NCBI GenBank assembly: GCA_951406725.2
Contig: OX597818.1
Location: forward strand, 112,468,001 to 112,532,000
DNA: 64,000 nt
Source of the DNA: Octopus vulgaris
Lineage: Eukaryota
Reading direction: 5' to 3'
How positions within the stretch are numbered: position 1 is the first letter of the stretch; every line of letters begins with the position of its first letter. The notes under the pieces were generated by a model. That model did no database searches, had not been told where the DNA came from, and saw only the letters and a program-made list of their open reading frames with translations. Shown here one piece after another: positions 11,797 to 23,783 of this stretch. Made by a program: the position numbers and the translations under genes.

Positions 11797-14700
11797 CACT
11801 TTGACCGACCAGTCCATCAGGCGTCCATTTGACACCGCTGGTCACAGCACGCTGTCCACTCCTCTCTGGATCGCGCCTTTCTCATCCACGTGATCCCAAT
11901 CGTCCTCTTGAAATCGTCACTCCACCGTCGTGGAGGTCTTCCGGGTGATCTTTTCCGCTCACGCGGGTACCACTCGACAACTGCGTGTGGCCACCGATTA
12001 TCGGTGAGCCGGGCGACGTGTCCAGCCCATCTATACTTGCTGCGAGTATACTCTGCGATGACATATCTCACGCCGGACTTCTTTCTGATGATGTTGCTAT
12101 TTATGTGCTCTCTCAACGAGATACCAAGCACTGACCTTCCCATGGCTCTTTGAGCCGTTATCAGTCTTTGCTCTTCTCTCTTTGTGGTAGCCCATGTTTC
12201 ACTACCATATAACATTGCAGGCAGAACTGCGCTGTTAATGAGGTTGGCGCGGGTGTTCCTGTCCAAACTTCCCTTGAGCACATCCCTTATGCCATTGAAC
12301 GCCTTCTATCCGGCCCTTACTCTCCGTGAGATCTCCTTTTTGATATCCCGGCACATATTTACTTCCTGTCCCAGGTAGACATATTCTCTCACCTCCTCTA
12401 TTTCATCACTGCCGATCACCATTCGATCTGTTGGTACGTTGTCTGACCGCATGAACTTTGTTTTCATGCGGTTCATCTTGACACCTACTGCAGAACTTTT
12501 GATGTCGAGCTCCGTCAGCATTGTCTGAAGCTGATCCATGTTTTCAGCGATGAGTACGATGTCGTCAGCGAAACGGAGGTGAGTGAGGAGCTCGCCATTG
12601 ATTTTGACACCACCTTGCCATTCGAGATGATCTGTTCGTGACATGCAGTGAAAAGTTTTGAGGAGATTGTATATCCTTGCTTCACTCCCTTCTCGACCGG
12701 CACTCGTGTGGGTGATGACAGTAGAGCTATGTCGGTGGTGCATCCGGAATTTGCCTCTCTGAGCAGCTGCAAAAATTTTCCGCTTCGATTCCTTGCCCTT
12801 GCAGCGAGTTCAGCACTGCGTTGTTTCGACGCTATCGAAGGCCTTCTCATAATCTATAAACGCAACGCAAAGAGGCAGCTTGTACTCATCTTTTCGCTCA
12901 AGCAGTTGCCTTAGAGCAAATATATGGTCCATTGTGCTGTAGTTCTTCCGGAAGTCTGCTTGCTCCCTCGGTTGTTGTTCATTGAGACGACGTGACAACC
13001 TGTTCAGAATTATCTTCGTGAACAGCTTGTACACGTGAGACAGTAGGCATATGGGTCGGTAGTTCTTTAGATCTTCTCTGTCGCCCTTCTTATACAGCAG
13101 GATGGTATTTGACTCTTTCCACTGCGAGGGAATTCTTCCCTCATCTAGATAGTGCGTAAATCGCTCAGCGAAGATTTTCCAGAGCTGCTCTCTGCCTGAC
13201 TTTAGCACCTCCGATGTTATACCGTCTTTCCCTGGAGCCTTTCCGTTTTTCATCGAGCCGATGGCTCTTTCAACCTCACTGACAAGGATAGGTGGCACGT
13301 TTTCTTCCTGTTGGAGTGGTGGTAATGGCTGGACATTTCTGGTAGACTTAAAGAGCTTGGTGTAGAAGTCTTCACAAACTTTTTCCATCTCGCTCTTCTC
13401 GTTGACCGGTATTCCATCTGTATTTTTCAGGGCCGTCACTTCCGATCTATATAGTACCATGTCCCTCTTGCATTTCTTGAGGCTCTTCTTTTCCTCTGCA
13501 GCCTTCAAGAGCTTCTCCATCCGGTATGCCTCAAAGCCATTCTTTAGTTGCTGACGAATCACTCTGCTGAGAATGGAATATTCAAGGTGATCTTCAATAG
13601 TCCTCTTCATATTTTTCCTCTTCTCGAGTAACTTCGTAGTTTCTTCCGAGATTCTTCCCTACTTTTCTCTTGGGCATACACCCTTAGCCTTCCTTAAACA
13701 CTCCTTCAGTTTCCCTATCAGTGAGTTGTAGTCATCGTCTATGTCGTCTCCTTGGCACCAGTCTTCCTGCATGATGGCTTCCTGCAGCTTTGCCTCGTTG
13801 TAGACTCGGACACGTTTTCCCTTCGACGCCAAATATAACGCCATCTTCTCCCTCTTCTCGTCGATGACGACCCTCGCCCTTACCAGACGATGATCGTTGC
13901 CGGTGTTGAATGGCGTCACGACGGAGACGTCATGCAATATGCGTCGCTTATCAACCAGGATGTAGTCGATCTCGCTTCGGTGCTTAGAGTTCAGCGATAT
14001 ACAAGTCCATCTCTTCCTCTCCCTCTTCCTGAATAGGCTGTTTCCGATGTAGAGCTGCCTCGCCTCTGCCATGGTAGCCAAACGTTCTCCTCTCTCGTTT
14101 CTCTCCTCCATGCCAAATCTCCCGACGTATTCCTATCCTTGTCGTCCATGTCCAACCTTTGCGTTGAAGTCTCCCATCACGACAGTGTAAGTGGACTTCA
14201 TAGCCAACCCTTTGTCTAGTTGACGATAGAATTCTTCCACCTCGTCGTCGTCGCTGGCACTTGTGGTAGCATAGGTCTGGGACAATCTTGAGGGTGGCCT
14301 TCCCTGAGAGGTTCACATTTAGTACACCAAACCATGATGATATGAAGTGGCAAGAAGCGACCCTCGAAGCCCATTCCTTACTTACGATGAATCCGATACC
14401 TCCGACCGATCTAGCACCTTCTGCTCTTCCTAATCTCACAATGCATCCATCTTGCCATCGTATACTCGCTTCCTTCATCCAGCGTGTCTCGCACAGCCCT
14501 AACACGTCGCACCTGATCTTCTTCCTCTCCTCCATTAGGTGGTTCAGTTCTTGCCACCCTGCCATAGACCTGCAGTTGTAGGTGCATATGGCAAGTTTAG
14601 TCCTGTTCCATGACGGCTTTCGGGAACCTGTGATTCTTAGCAGCCTCTCGGCGCTCGAGTTGCACTCCGCCGTCATGGAGTGGCCCGATTGACGTGCAGG

Positions 14701-14983
14701 GTACTGAGGCCCTTTTCCTTTTCTCTTCGTTCTTCGTGCTGTTTTAGCCATAAAATGACGCCATCCCACTGGTTGGGCGGGCAGGCCGGTATTTTGTTGG
14801 ATACCCGTTGACTCTTCAGGAGTTCATCCGCCCTTTGTTGGGTCTTATTTTCCTATCCAACAGCACCCTCCTCACCAAGCGAACCTGGTGGGGTTGTCAG
14901 TTTAGTCGTCGACGCCCCGACCATGTAACAGGTTGTACTGCATTACATGTTACCAGTAGCACTCTAGAGCGACCTGACATAAC
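11797..14983 (-). mobile_element. RTE-clade LINE, near full length, single APE+RT ORF broken by stops, frameshifts and deletions
   Basis: APE motifs TYNCRS, LGLCETRW, GGIGFIV, NERGERL, EIDYILV, DHRLV; RT motifs KAPGKDGI, NYRPICLL, FIDYEKAFDSV, GVKQG, LRFADDIVL, YVYLGQ; C-terminal WAGHVAR...PGRPPRRW. ~210-nt 5'UTR; both ends in (TA)n. Confidence 0.95.
11817..14769 (-). pseudogene. Disrupted endonuclease/reverse transcriptase ORF of the RTE element
   Basis: Six consecutive minus-strand ORF pieces (13984-14769, 13659-14111, 12810-13610, 12515-12850, 12306-12743, 11817-12281) in colinear domain order. Confidence 0.93.
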
Positions 14984-15008
14984 ATATATATATATTTAAA
15001 TATATGTA

Positions 15009-15040
<32 letters not shown>

Positions 15041-15130
15041 GTTATGAAAAAAGGGGGTCGAATTAATTAATTATTAATAAATTCGACCAAGCAGTATTCG
15101 GTATGTAAAGACCATTTACGGTATATTTGA

Positions 15131-15445
15131 AGTATTAATTTATAAAAATATGGTAAAGTAAAAGAATTCACTTTACCACACACCGAACTTTTCAGAAATA
15201 GCAGCCAAAAATTTGGCTATTTCTTCAACTGCAAATAAAAGTCTCCAGACAATGCATACTCAGAAAAATGTGATCTTTCATTGTTTTTCCCTTATTCCTA
15301 TGTGAGTTATTTTTCTGAGTATGCATTGTCTGGAGACTTTTATTTGCAGTTGAAGAAATAGCCAATTTTTGGCTGCTATTTCTGAAAAGTTCGGTGTGTG
15401 GTAAAGTGAATTCTTTTACTTTACCATATTTTTATAAATTAATAC

Positions 15446-15446
<1 letters not shown>
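15131..15446. repeat. Near-perfect 138-bp inverted repeat with 39-nt spacer
   Basis: 15131-15269 is the reverse complement of 15309-15446 apart from a 1-nt indel; lies between (TA)n tracts. Confidence 0.95.
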
Positions 15447-15508
<62 letters not shown>

Positions 15509-15714
15509 GTAATCCTTCGCCATATCGCTGTTCACCTATCAAGGTTTATTATTTAAGCTTACCTCGATTCCTCCGTGGTGTTACTTTGCATTTATAATAA
15601 AATATATAAAATACAAATTATAAAAATAATAAAAAATAGTGAGTACAAGACTGTTTCTACTTCACGGTCGTGGGGATTTGGAATGCAACACCCGTTATCG
15701 TCGAGGGTTCACCA

Positions 15715-15875
15715 TATATATGTCCTGGGTATAATACTGAATTGCATCCCGTGGCAAGGCTCCAGTTTGGTAGACCAGGAGCCGTAGGGAATATGGGGTT
15801 ACCCCTTGGTTGTCCTCACTCCCAGTTCTGCTTTGGTCCGGAGTAGTAGTACATGTTAGGGCCCCAATTATAGCT
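15715..15875 (+). repeat. Diverged copy of a common cephalopod interspersed repeat
   Basis: tgtcctgggtat.atact.aattgcatc...ggc(a)aggctccagt...ccggagtagtagtac.tgttaggg pattern recognised from memory only. Confidence 0.4.
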
Positions 15876-16318
15876 TAGATAATTGTATTACTCGAGTAAT
15901 GCCAGTAAAGTATTATTACCCTTCTCTCTACTTGGCACCAGGACCTCACTTTGTCACGACAAACACGTGTATATTATTGAAACAGCCCCGCATAGAACCA
16001 TAAATCTGACTTATTTTTTATCTTTACGAGCAAATATTTGTATGTAGACATGCGAATGTGTTTTGTATGAGTTTGTATAATTATTTGTATTTATATTTCA
16101 CGTGTGATGTGTTGAAGGAAAAATCCTGTTTTCGGCTTTAATCTTGCAACTGAACCTAATTCACAATTTATCTGAAGTCATTTTAACGTGTTTTTTTTTC
16201 ACTCGCTCGCCTACAGTTCATGAATATTTTTGAATTTTTTTCGGTAATATCTAAATACCTCGGCATTCAAGCATGTTGGAGATACGTCGACTTTCCTCCC
16301 TTGGTCCCTTAATATAAT

Positions 16319-16391
<73 letters not shown>

Positions 16392-18063
16392 GTAATTATT
16401 GATTTCATATATATATATATATATATATATACTACGAATAATATGGGTGGCCTACTAGCAATTTAGTGACCTAAATGCAAATTTATAGACGTCACTAAAG
16501 TGACAGAGCGTACAGATTAGTCCCAGCATTGCTAGAAATAAGAGTCAACACAACGAAGCAATATCGTAATGACAGACATATATTCGTGTATGTGTATATG
16601 TGACATTATTCTTTTCTCTGTTCGAATAAATTGCTATTGATACAAATATGATATTTGAATGTAATGTGACAAACGTCCCTGCGTAAAGCTGTATATTACT
16701 AACGGACAGGAATATGTTCAGTTAGGAAACTTATACTATTTCAAAACATTTATTTTTCTATTTAGAAGCAGGATAAGTGTTGTCAAAACTGGTTTTGTGA
16801 CTCACATGACAGTTATTCCACTTTTGACCCGTTCATTTCCAAAAGATTCCACTCCCAACCAATTTAAAATTCAGTTTTCTTTGCTGATTGTCAAAAATTC
16901 TTGCAATTCACTGGTTCGGTATTTATTAAGTTTAAGATTCATAATTATCTACTTACATTTCTCTACCTTTCTTACACACACACACTCTATCTCTCTCTCT
17001 TCCTGCCTACACGCACATATACATGTGTGTTTGGTAGATATGTGCGTGTGAAATTAAACTTACGCACACAGAAACATTCCATATATCCGCCGAGTGTGTG
17101 CGTGTAATCGCATTACCATACTTGTACACATTTGAGCGTGACTATATATTTAATATCTGCATTCAATTTGCGTATGTGAAAGAGCCATATTATGTGGCAA
17201 GAAAATTAATTCCTCCGCTTTGGCACTAGTTTAATAAAAGCAAATAGAAGTATTTTAAAATGAAATGTGTGCCAAGAAATTTGACAGCATTCACTATTTC
17301 CTCAGAAACAGACAACTACTTTTAAACGTTAAATCGTCGAAGATAATGACTTAAATAAAGAATTATAAAGCAAACTTACATCTCGACTCCATCACTTTCA
17401 AGAACCTTTTAGTCTCGATGCTATAATACTTTTATTACAAACTTCAGTGTGTTAACAGAAGATATTTCAAATTCGAACTAAACACACTGGAAACTACATC
17501 GATTCGATGTATTTGGCATTTGCTGAATGTTGTCATATCCTAGAACCATTAATATAATGATCTCTATAATGTTAGGACATCTAATAATTAATAGCTAGAA
17601 TATTTGAAACATAGAAGACAAGTATAAGAGCAGTATGCACGAATAATTAGCATTTCTACAAATATAATACATACGATAAAGTGTGGACCGAATTAAACAT
17701 TTCTTTGAACAGGATACGGAATTGTTTCTGTTTGATAATTAATTCAGTCAATAATACGTTTAAATTCCTTTTATAGCAACAATGTCGCTTTTACGGAATT
17801 GCAATGGCAAATTCGTTTTAAATAGCAAGATCAATGGCTTAGTCAAATTGAATACAATGCTAAATATGCTAAGTGGTAGCATGAGATAAAGACAGAATAT
17901 TTTATAAAACATATGGTAATTAATTTTAGTTTCATTAGAACTGTGTATTCCATATGCATTTCACTAAACTCACGAGAATATCTATATATCTACTTATCTT
18001 TCTTTTTCGTTCTCTCTCTCACTCCACCCCCCTCTCTCTCTCTTTCTCTCTCTCCCTGTATAT

Positions 18064-18195
18064 ATATTGTTGTATTTAGGAATGGTCATTTTGCCAGTTT
18101 AGCCAGTAAATGACCATTCCTAAATACAACAATATCTGTTTCAACACACGATGTCACATCAAAAATCTTGCAAAACAAATATATAAACGTAATAT
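18064..18195 (+). repeat. Perfect 28-bp hairpin plus conserved tail
   Basis: 18064-18091 is the exact reverse complement of 18108-18135; tail ttcaacacacga..tcacat..aaaatcttgcaaa is shared with 25947-25990; the arm recurs alone at 42935-42960. Confidence 0.85.
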
Positions 18196-18204
18196 ATATA
18201 TATA

Positions 18205-18514
18205 TATTGGCAGGGCTTACTGCTAGGAAGTCGGCCGTATGCTAGAAACAGATCATCAACGATCAAACTACAAAGAAATTCTCTAGCGGAAAAATTCAGC
18301 GAACATCAGAACCAACTTTGGCGGGCAGGACAGATGAAAATTTATATAAGAAACAGAATTAAATGCATACCTCGGTTTCGGCCTTTAACAAAAGAATTAC
18401 GTTTGGTTCTGGTGTTCGCTGAATTTTTCCTCTAGAGAATTTCCTTGTAGTTTGATCGTTGATGATCTGTTTCTAGCATACGGCCGACTTCCTAGCAGTA
18501 AGCCCTGCCAATAT
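18205..18514. repeat. ~110-bp inverted repeat (3 mismatches seen) with 87-nt spacer
   Basis: 18205-18315 versus 18403-18514; starts at the end of a (TA)n run. Confidence 0.95.
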
Positions 18515-18620
18515 ACACATATATTAGAATTTTCTCTGACTTCTCAGATTTTTTGTATGCTGGACTACTGGTTTTAAATTGATATTAAAATTAATATTAA
18601 TTTATCTCCCTCATTATTTA

Positions 18621-18692
<72 letters not shown>

Positions 18693-18695
<3 letters not shown>

Positions 18696-18895
18696 CGTGA
18701 TCACTGTGACCGACCAGGTTATCAGATCGTGCTACACATCGCTGGTCACAATGCGCTTCGCATTGTTTTAGCCTTCAAAAGACGCCACACCGCTGGCAAA
18801 GCGAGCAGGCCAACAGAAGAAAGAGTGAGAGAAGGTTGTGGCGAAAGAGTACAGCAGGGATCGCCACAACCCCCTGCCAGAGCCTCGGAGCTTTT
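18693..18895 (-). mobile_element. 5'-truncated group-B SINE with RTE-derived 3' tail
   Basis: Body gaaagagtacagcagg..tcgccac...ccctgcc.gagcctc..gagcttt is shared with 28545-28630 and 32190-32265; tail tgaccgaccag...atcag...gctggtcaca matches the RTE 3' end at 11802-11846. Confidence 0.8.
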
Positions 18896-18909
18896 GCTTT
18901 ATAATATAA

Positions 18910-19227
18910 GTTTTTCTTACATATTTGTATTATCTTTTGAAACTTTCGAATGTATTTAATCCAATTTTGATTTTAACATTTTTTCTCCATTTTTATACTA
19001 TTTTGTGGTATCTTTATACCTATAACGAACTTTTTCAATTTTATATATATATATAGGCGCAGGAGTGGCTGTGTGGTAAGTAGCTTGCTGACCAACCACA
19101 TGGTTCCGGGTTCAGTCCCACTGCGTAGCATCTTGGGCAAGGGTCTTCTGCTATAGCCCCGGGCCGACCAATGCCTTGTGAGTGGATTTGGTAGACGGAA
19201 ACTGAAAGAAGCCTGTCGTATATGTAT

Positions 19228-19285
<58 letters not shown>

Positions 19286-19511
19286 ATGTGTGTGTGTGTT
19301 TGTGTGTCTGTGTTTGTCTCGCTAGCATTGCTTGACAACCGATGCTGGTGTGTTTACGTCCCAGTCACCTAGCGGTTCGGCAAAAGTGACCGATAGAATA
19401 AGTACTAGGCTTACAAAGAATAAGTCCCGGGGTCGATTTGCTCGACTAAAGGCGGTGCTGTACATGGCTGCAGTCAATTAACTGAAACAAGCGAAAGAGT
19501 AAAAGTGTATA

Positions 19512-19599
<88 letters not shown>

Positions 19600-19742
19600 C
19601 ATATATATATAAAATTGAAAAAGTTCGTTATAGGTATAGAGATACCACAAAATAGTATAAACATGGAGAAAAATGTTAAAATCAAAATTGGATCTAATAC
19701 ATACGAAAGTTTCAAAAGATAATACAAATATGTAAGAAAACA
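18910..19742. repeat. ~133-bp inverted repeat pair enclosing (TA)n and a complete SINE-A
   Basis: 18910-19042 is the reverse complement of 19609-19742 with only a few differences. Confidence 0.9.
19056..19505 (+). mobile_element. SINE family A, full length
   Basis: A-box-like tggctgtgtgg, B-box-like ggttcagtccc, internal (TA)n(TG)n, (gagtaaaa)-type tail; inserted in (TA)n. Confidence 0.92.
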
Positions 19743-19837
19743 TTATATATATATATGCATGTATGTATGAATATATATTTATATGTGTGCATACTTATGT
19801 GTATCTCTCTGTTACGGGCTCTCTCTTTCTCTCTCTT

Positions 19838-19885
<48 letters not shown>

Positions 19886-20506
19886 TGCATGTATGTATTC
19901 ATGCGTGTGTCTATGAAATTAAAATATAACTTAGTGACAGAATTAGTTAGGCGATACTGAATGCACGTTAGCTCATGCATAATTACATATATTTATCTTT
20001 GAATGCATCTTATTATTAACACCTGTGATGGTCGTAGAGTACTTCGTAATCAGAAATAAAGATAACGTACTGTAATTTCATTTAATCACTAGAGATACTG
20101 GTGAAGTACTCTATTAAGGAAGCATATTAATATAACAATCAGTATCGATTCGCACGAGACACAGAGCTGTATTTAGATTGGTAACAGTATATATAATTGA
20201 GGGTAATGTGTACATGTAAGACTCATTTCAATACTTGTTATTAAACACTCTGATTGAAAATCACATAGTGCAATTACGCAACTTATGCTTAGACTATGCA
20301 TCATTGTTTGGATTCATTGAGAATCTATCGAAGTGCTAGCACGGAATTTTATTCACCTAGTATCACTTTTATTGATAATAAGAAATTAGTGCAAGTTTAA
20401 TGAATACGCTCAGTTTGAGCCCTCATAATGTACCCTGATCTCCCTCTCTGTCTCTGTCATTCGTTCACTCTGTCTCTATCTGTCTGTCTGTCTCTCCCTC
20501 TCTCTC

Positions 20507-20563
<57 letters not shown>

Positions 20564-20593
20564 ATCTATATGTATGGATGGATATAAATATGA

Positions 20594-20932
20594 TGAGACC
20601 CCTTTCGGTCATGACTGATCGTGGGATTGCACCTAGAAAGTTACCCTCCCAGACACAAGTCCGGGCAAGTTTGCTTATGGAAGACCAGCAGTTGCCCATG
20701 CATACCGGCCTCCCTTCTCCAGGTCACCAGTGTTATCCAAGGGAAAGGCAAAGGGGCCGATTATGCTTAGCACCAGTGACGTTGCAACTCATTTCTACAG
20801 CTGAGTAAACTGGAGCAACGTAAAATAAAGTGTCTTGCCCAAGAACACAACACACAGCCCGGTCCGGGATTCGAACTCACAACCTCGCTTTCGTAAGGTC
20901 GACGCTCTAATCACAGAGCCATGCGACTTCAC
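20594..20932 (-). mobile_element. tRNA-derived SINE, group B (head type 1 + tail type 2)
   Basis: Minus-strand head tggctctgtgattagagcgtcgacc...gagttcgaatccc; core gtgttcttgggcaagacactttat as in 11190-11330; unrelated tail. Confidence 0.85.
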
Positions 20933-20934
20933 AA

Positions 20935-20978
<44 letters not shown>

Positions 20979-21039
20979 GTAAAAATAATTACAGACATGG
21001 ACAAGAACATGAAACACCACAGAGACGACATGTATATAC

Positions 21040-21090
<51 letters not shown>

Positions 21091-22210
21091 TACATACATA
21101 TACATATACACATATATATAAAATTATATATATATATATATATAAGTATTATTAAGGGTATCTAACAGATACGACCATGCTAGAAATAGCAGCCGAAACC
21201 TGACTCTAAAACCACATTAAATGTTCATACAGCATCAGGAGAGACGACAAAAAGACGAAATATACTAGCAAAAATTTTACTGGATAATTCCAGATCTCGG
21301 ATTTCTGACTGGTGGGTGGACCAACATGAGCACACACTGAAAATATTTGTCGATTTGTTTTTACCGAAAATGCTATGGTTTTTATTTGAAAATTAACATG
21401 GCAAAAATCAGTCTAAATAGTTATTTTTGTAAGTCTTATAGCTTTCTAAACAGCCATTACAACAAAATCACTTCTTTTTTGTAACAAAAATTATACCGGT
21501 ATATTAAAAAAATTTAATTCAATAGATAATGTTTTGACATTACGTGTATTGAATAAACTGGGTTTTCCAAATAGCGAATTAAAACTTGAAATGAGAACAT
21601 TGAAATACAGAGTGAGATGTTTTGCAAATGAAAACGGAAAACTCCGCAGTGAATGCAACGAATGTTTAAATTTGTCAAAAATTGGAATTGAAAATTCAAT
21701 AAAGTTAATAAATGGAAATTATACGAAATTTTTTTGGAATACGAATTTATAAAAAAAAAAATATTCCAGACGCTCAAGCATTTAATAATTGCTTTCTTTT
21801 AGTAGTTTTAGTAACTTTTACATACCTAATTAATAAGAAGCTTTCTCTGTTATAATATATGTATATGTATACTTGCGCACACGCGCACACACCTACAAGG
21901 TTCCACCGGTCAAAAATCATATTCTGATAATTGGCGTTGTTTGGCCAAGGTCAATCAGAACGTAGCTGTCAAACTTTCTGAGTCCCTTAGGGTCATCTGA
22001 TTCAACAAACAGGTCACCTGTTTTCCTTAAGGGTTTTCACAGTAACTGTGCCACTTGGCATCTCTTCATTTCCACAAAGGCATAATCGCACTACACCTGA
22101 ATAATAATCACCAATATACCGATGAGAGCTCACATTTCAGAACAACGAACAAGCACACAAATTAGCTGGCATACATACGCCGTCAGCTGTAAAGACACAC
22201 ACACATGTAT

Positions 22211-22262
<52 letters not shown>

Positions 22263-22603
22263 TCTCACATATTTAGGCGCAGGCACACACTCACATTCAC
22301 ACATTGACTTTAAAAACAAGCCCACATGTCCATATGTCAACCACAAAACTACGGCATATAATCACACAAATACGAACGCTTATGTTTCGTAATTCGAATG
22401 AGAAACACAATGCACTGGCACTACGTTATACAGAATGCAATGAACGCATTTTAATAGTTTACAGTTAAGACTATGCTTACAGTAGTTTCTCTCTTCAGTC
22501 TGCCTGTAAAACGCTTAATTGTTGCACTCGATTCTCGCAGTGATTTCATATATACACATACACCTATGCGGACACATATCTACATACACATATAGGTACA
22601 TAG

Positions 22604-22671
<68 letters not shown>

Positions 22672-22696
22672 GTATGTATATGTCTGTGTGTGGGTA

Positions 22697-22727
<31 letters not shown>

Positions 22728-22728
<1 letters not shown>

Positions 22729-22950
22729 AGCTGGCAGAAACGTTAGCACGCCGGGCGAAATACGTAGCTGTATTTCGTCTGTCTTTATGTTCTGAGTTCA
22801 AATTCCACCGAGGTCGACTTTGCCTTTCATCCTTTTGGGGTCGATAAATAAAGTACCAGTTACGCACTGGAGTCGATGTAAACGACTTAATCCCTTTGTC
22901 TGTCCTTGTTTGTCCCCTCTATGTTTAGCCCCTTCTGGGCAATAAAGAAA
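22728..22950 (+). mobile_element. SINE family C (Nin/Deu-domain-like core)
   Basis: gagttcaaattcc B box followed by gcctttcatcctt..ggggtcgataaa..agtaccag core; other copies at 54428, 44490, 28914 and 35113. Confidence 0.85.
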
Positions 22951-23001
<51 letters not shown>

Positions 23002-23344
23002 ATTATTATTAATAATGGAGTGTACTAATTGTAGCACCCTTCAGTATGAATTACATATATGTGCGTGTGTGTGGGTGCTTAAACAAATATTTTTGCTTCT
23101 TTTTGGAATCATCGAATGTGTATTGTATCATACGCACAAGAAAGTGTGTGTATGAACGCAGTATAGCCGTGAAAACAGCATAAAGATTATTCGTTTAACC
23201 CCTCATAAGAAGGAAAATATTACCAGCAGACGGCTACAAGAGCGTAGCCGCACCATTCAGATACCATTTAAGTACCATTAAGCTACACTGCCCACTGTTA
23301 ACAATCTCAGTTGTAGCATTTCAAAAGAAGCTATGTATTGACCG

Positions 23345-23417
23345 GAGCGGGCAGTTTAGCTAAATGGTGGAATACTCAGACTGTATTTGAGAGGTAAGGG
23401 TTCGAGTCCTGTCGCTC
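23345..23417 (+). pseudogene. tRNA-like sequence (pseudogene or orphan SINE head)
   Basis: A box TAGCTAAATGG, perfect B box GGTTCGAGTCC, anticodon-like stem CTCAG/TTGAG, GAGCGG/TCGCTC end pairing, TTTT downstream; spacing and D stem are non-canonical. Confidence 0.5.
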
Positions 23418-23507
23418 TTTGCTTTTCACATATTCCGTCATATAAATGTAAAAAATGTTTTTGTGGTTATACTGCGTTCGAAATATTACCTTCTTTTCTG
23501 TACGATA

Positions 23508-23579
<72 letters not shown>

Positions 23580-23611
23580 TTTATTTTAAGCAGCGGAAAA
23601 TTCAACAAAAT

Positions 23612-23649
23612 CTGTTACTCTGAGTTTCTCGTTGCCGTTCATCAGACAG
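23612..23649 (-). ncRNA. Minimal type-I hammerhead ribozyme motif (best preserved in the window) inside a ~125-bp module between (TA)n tracts
   Basis: Minus strand: CTGT-CTGATGA-A-CG gcaa CG-A-GAA-ACTC a GAGT-A-ACAG. Stem I CTGT/ACAG, GNRA-capped stem II, near-palindromic stem III, GUA triplet. Confidence 0.75.
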
Positions 23650-23701
23650 TTTTTGAGTAATCTTTTTTCCACCTTGTTTCACATTTATGTGTTTACTCCG
23701 G

Positions 23702-23780
<79 letters not shown>

Positions 23781-23783
<3 letters not shown>

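Noticed and set aside
14870-14983. HDV-like or twister ribozyme call for the RTE 5' end
   Set aside because: Could not place P1/P3/P1.1 of HDV or the twister pseudoknots; kept only as an unassigned structure.
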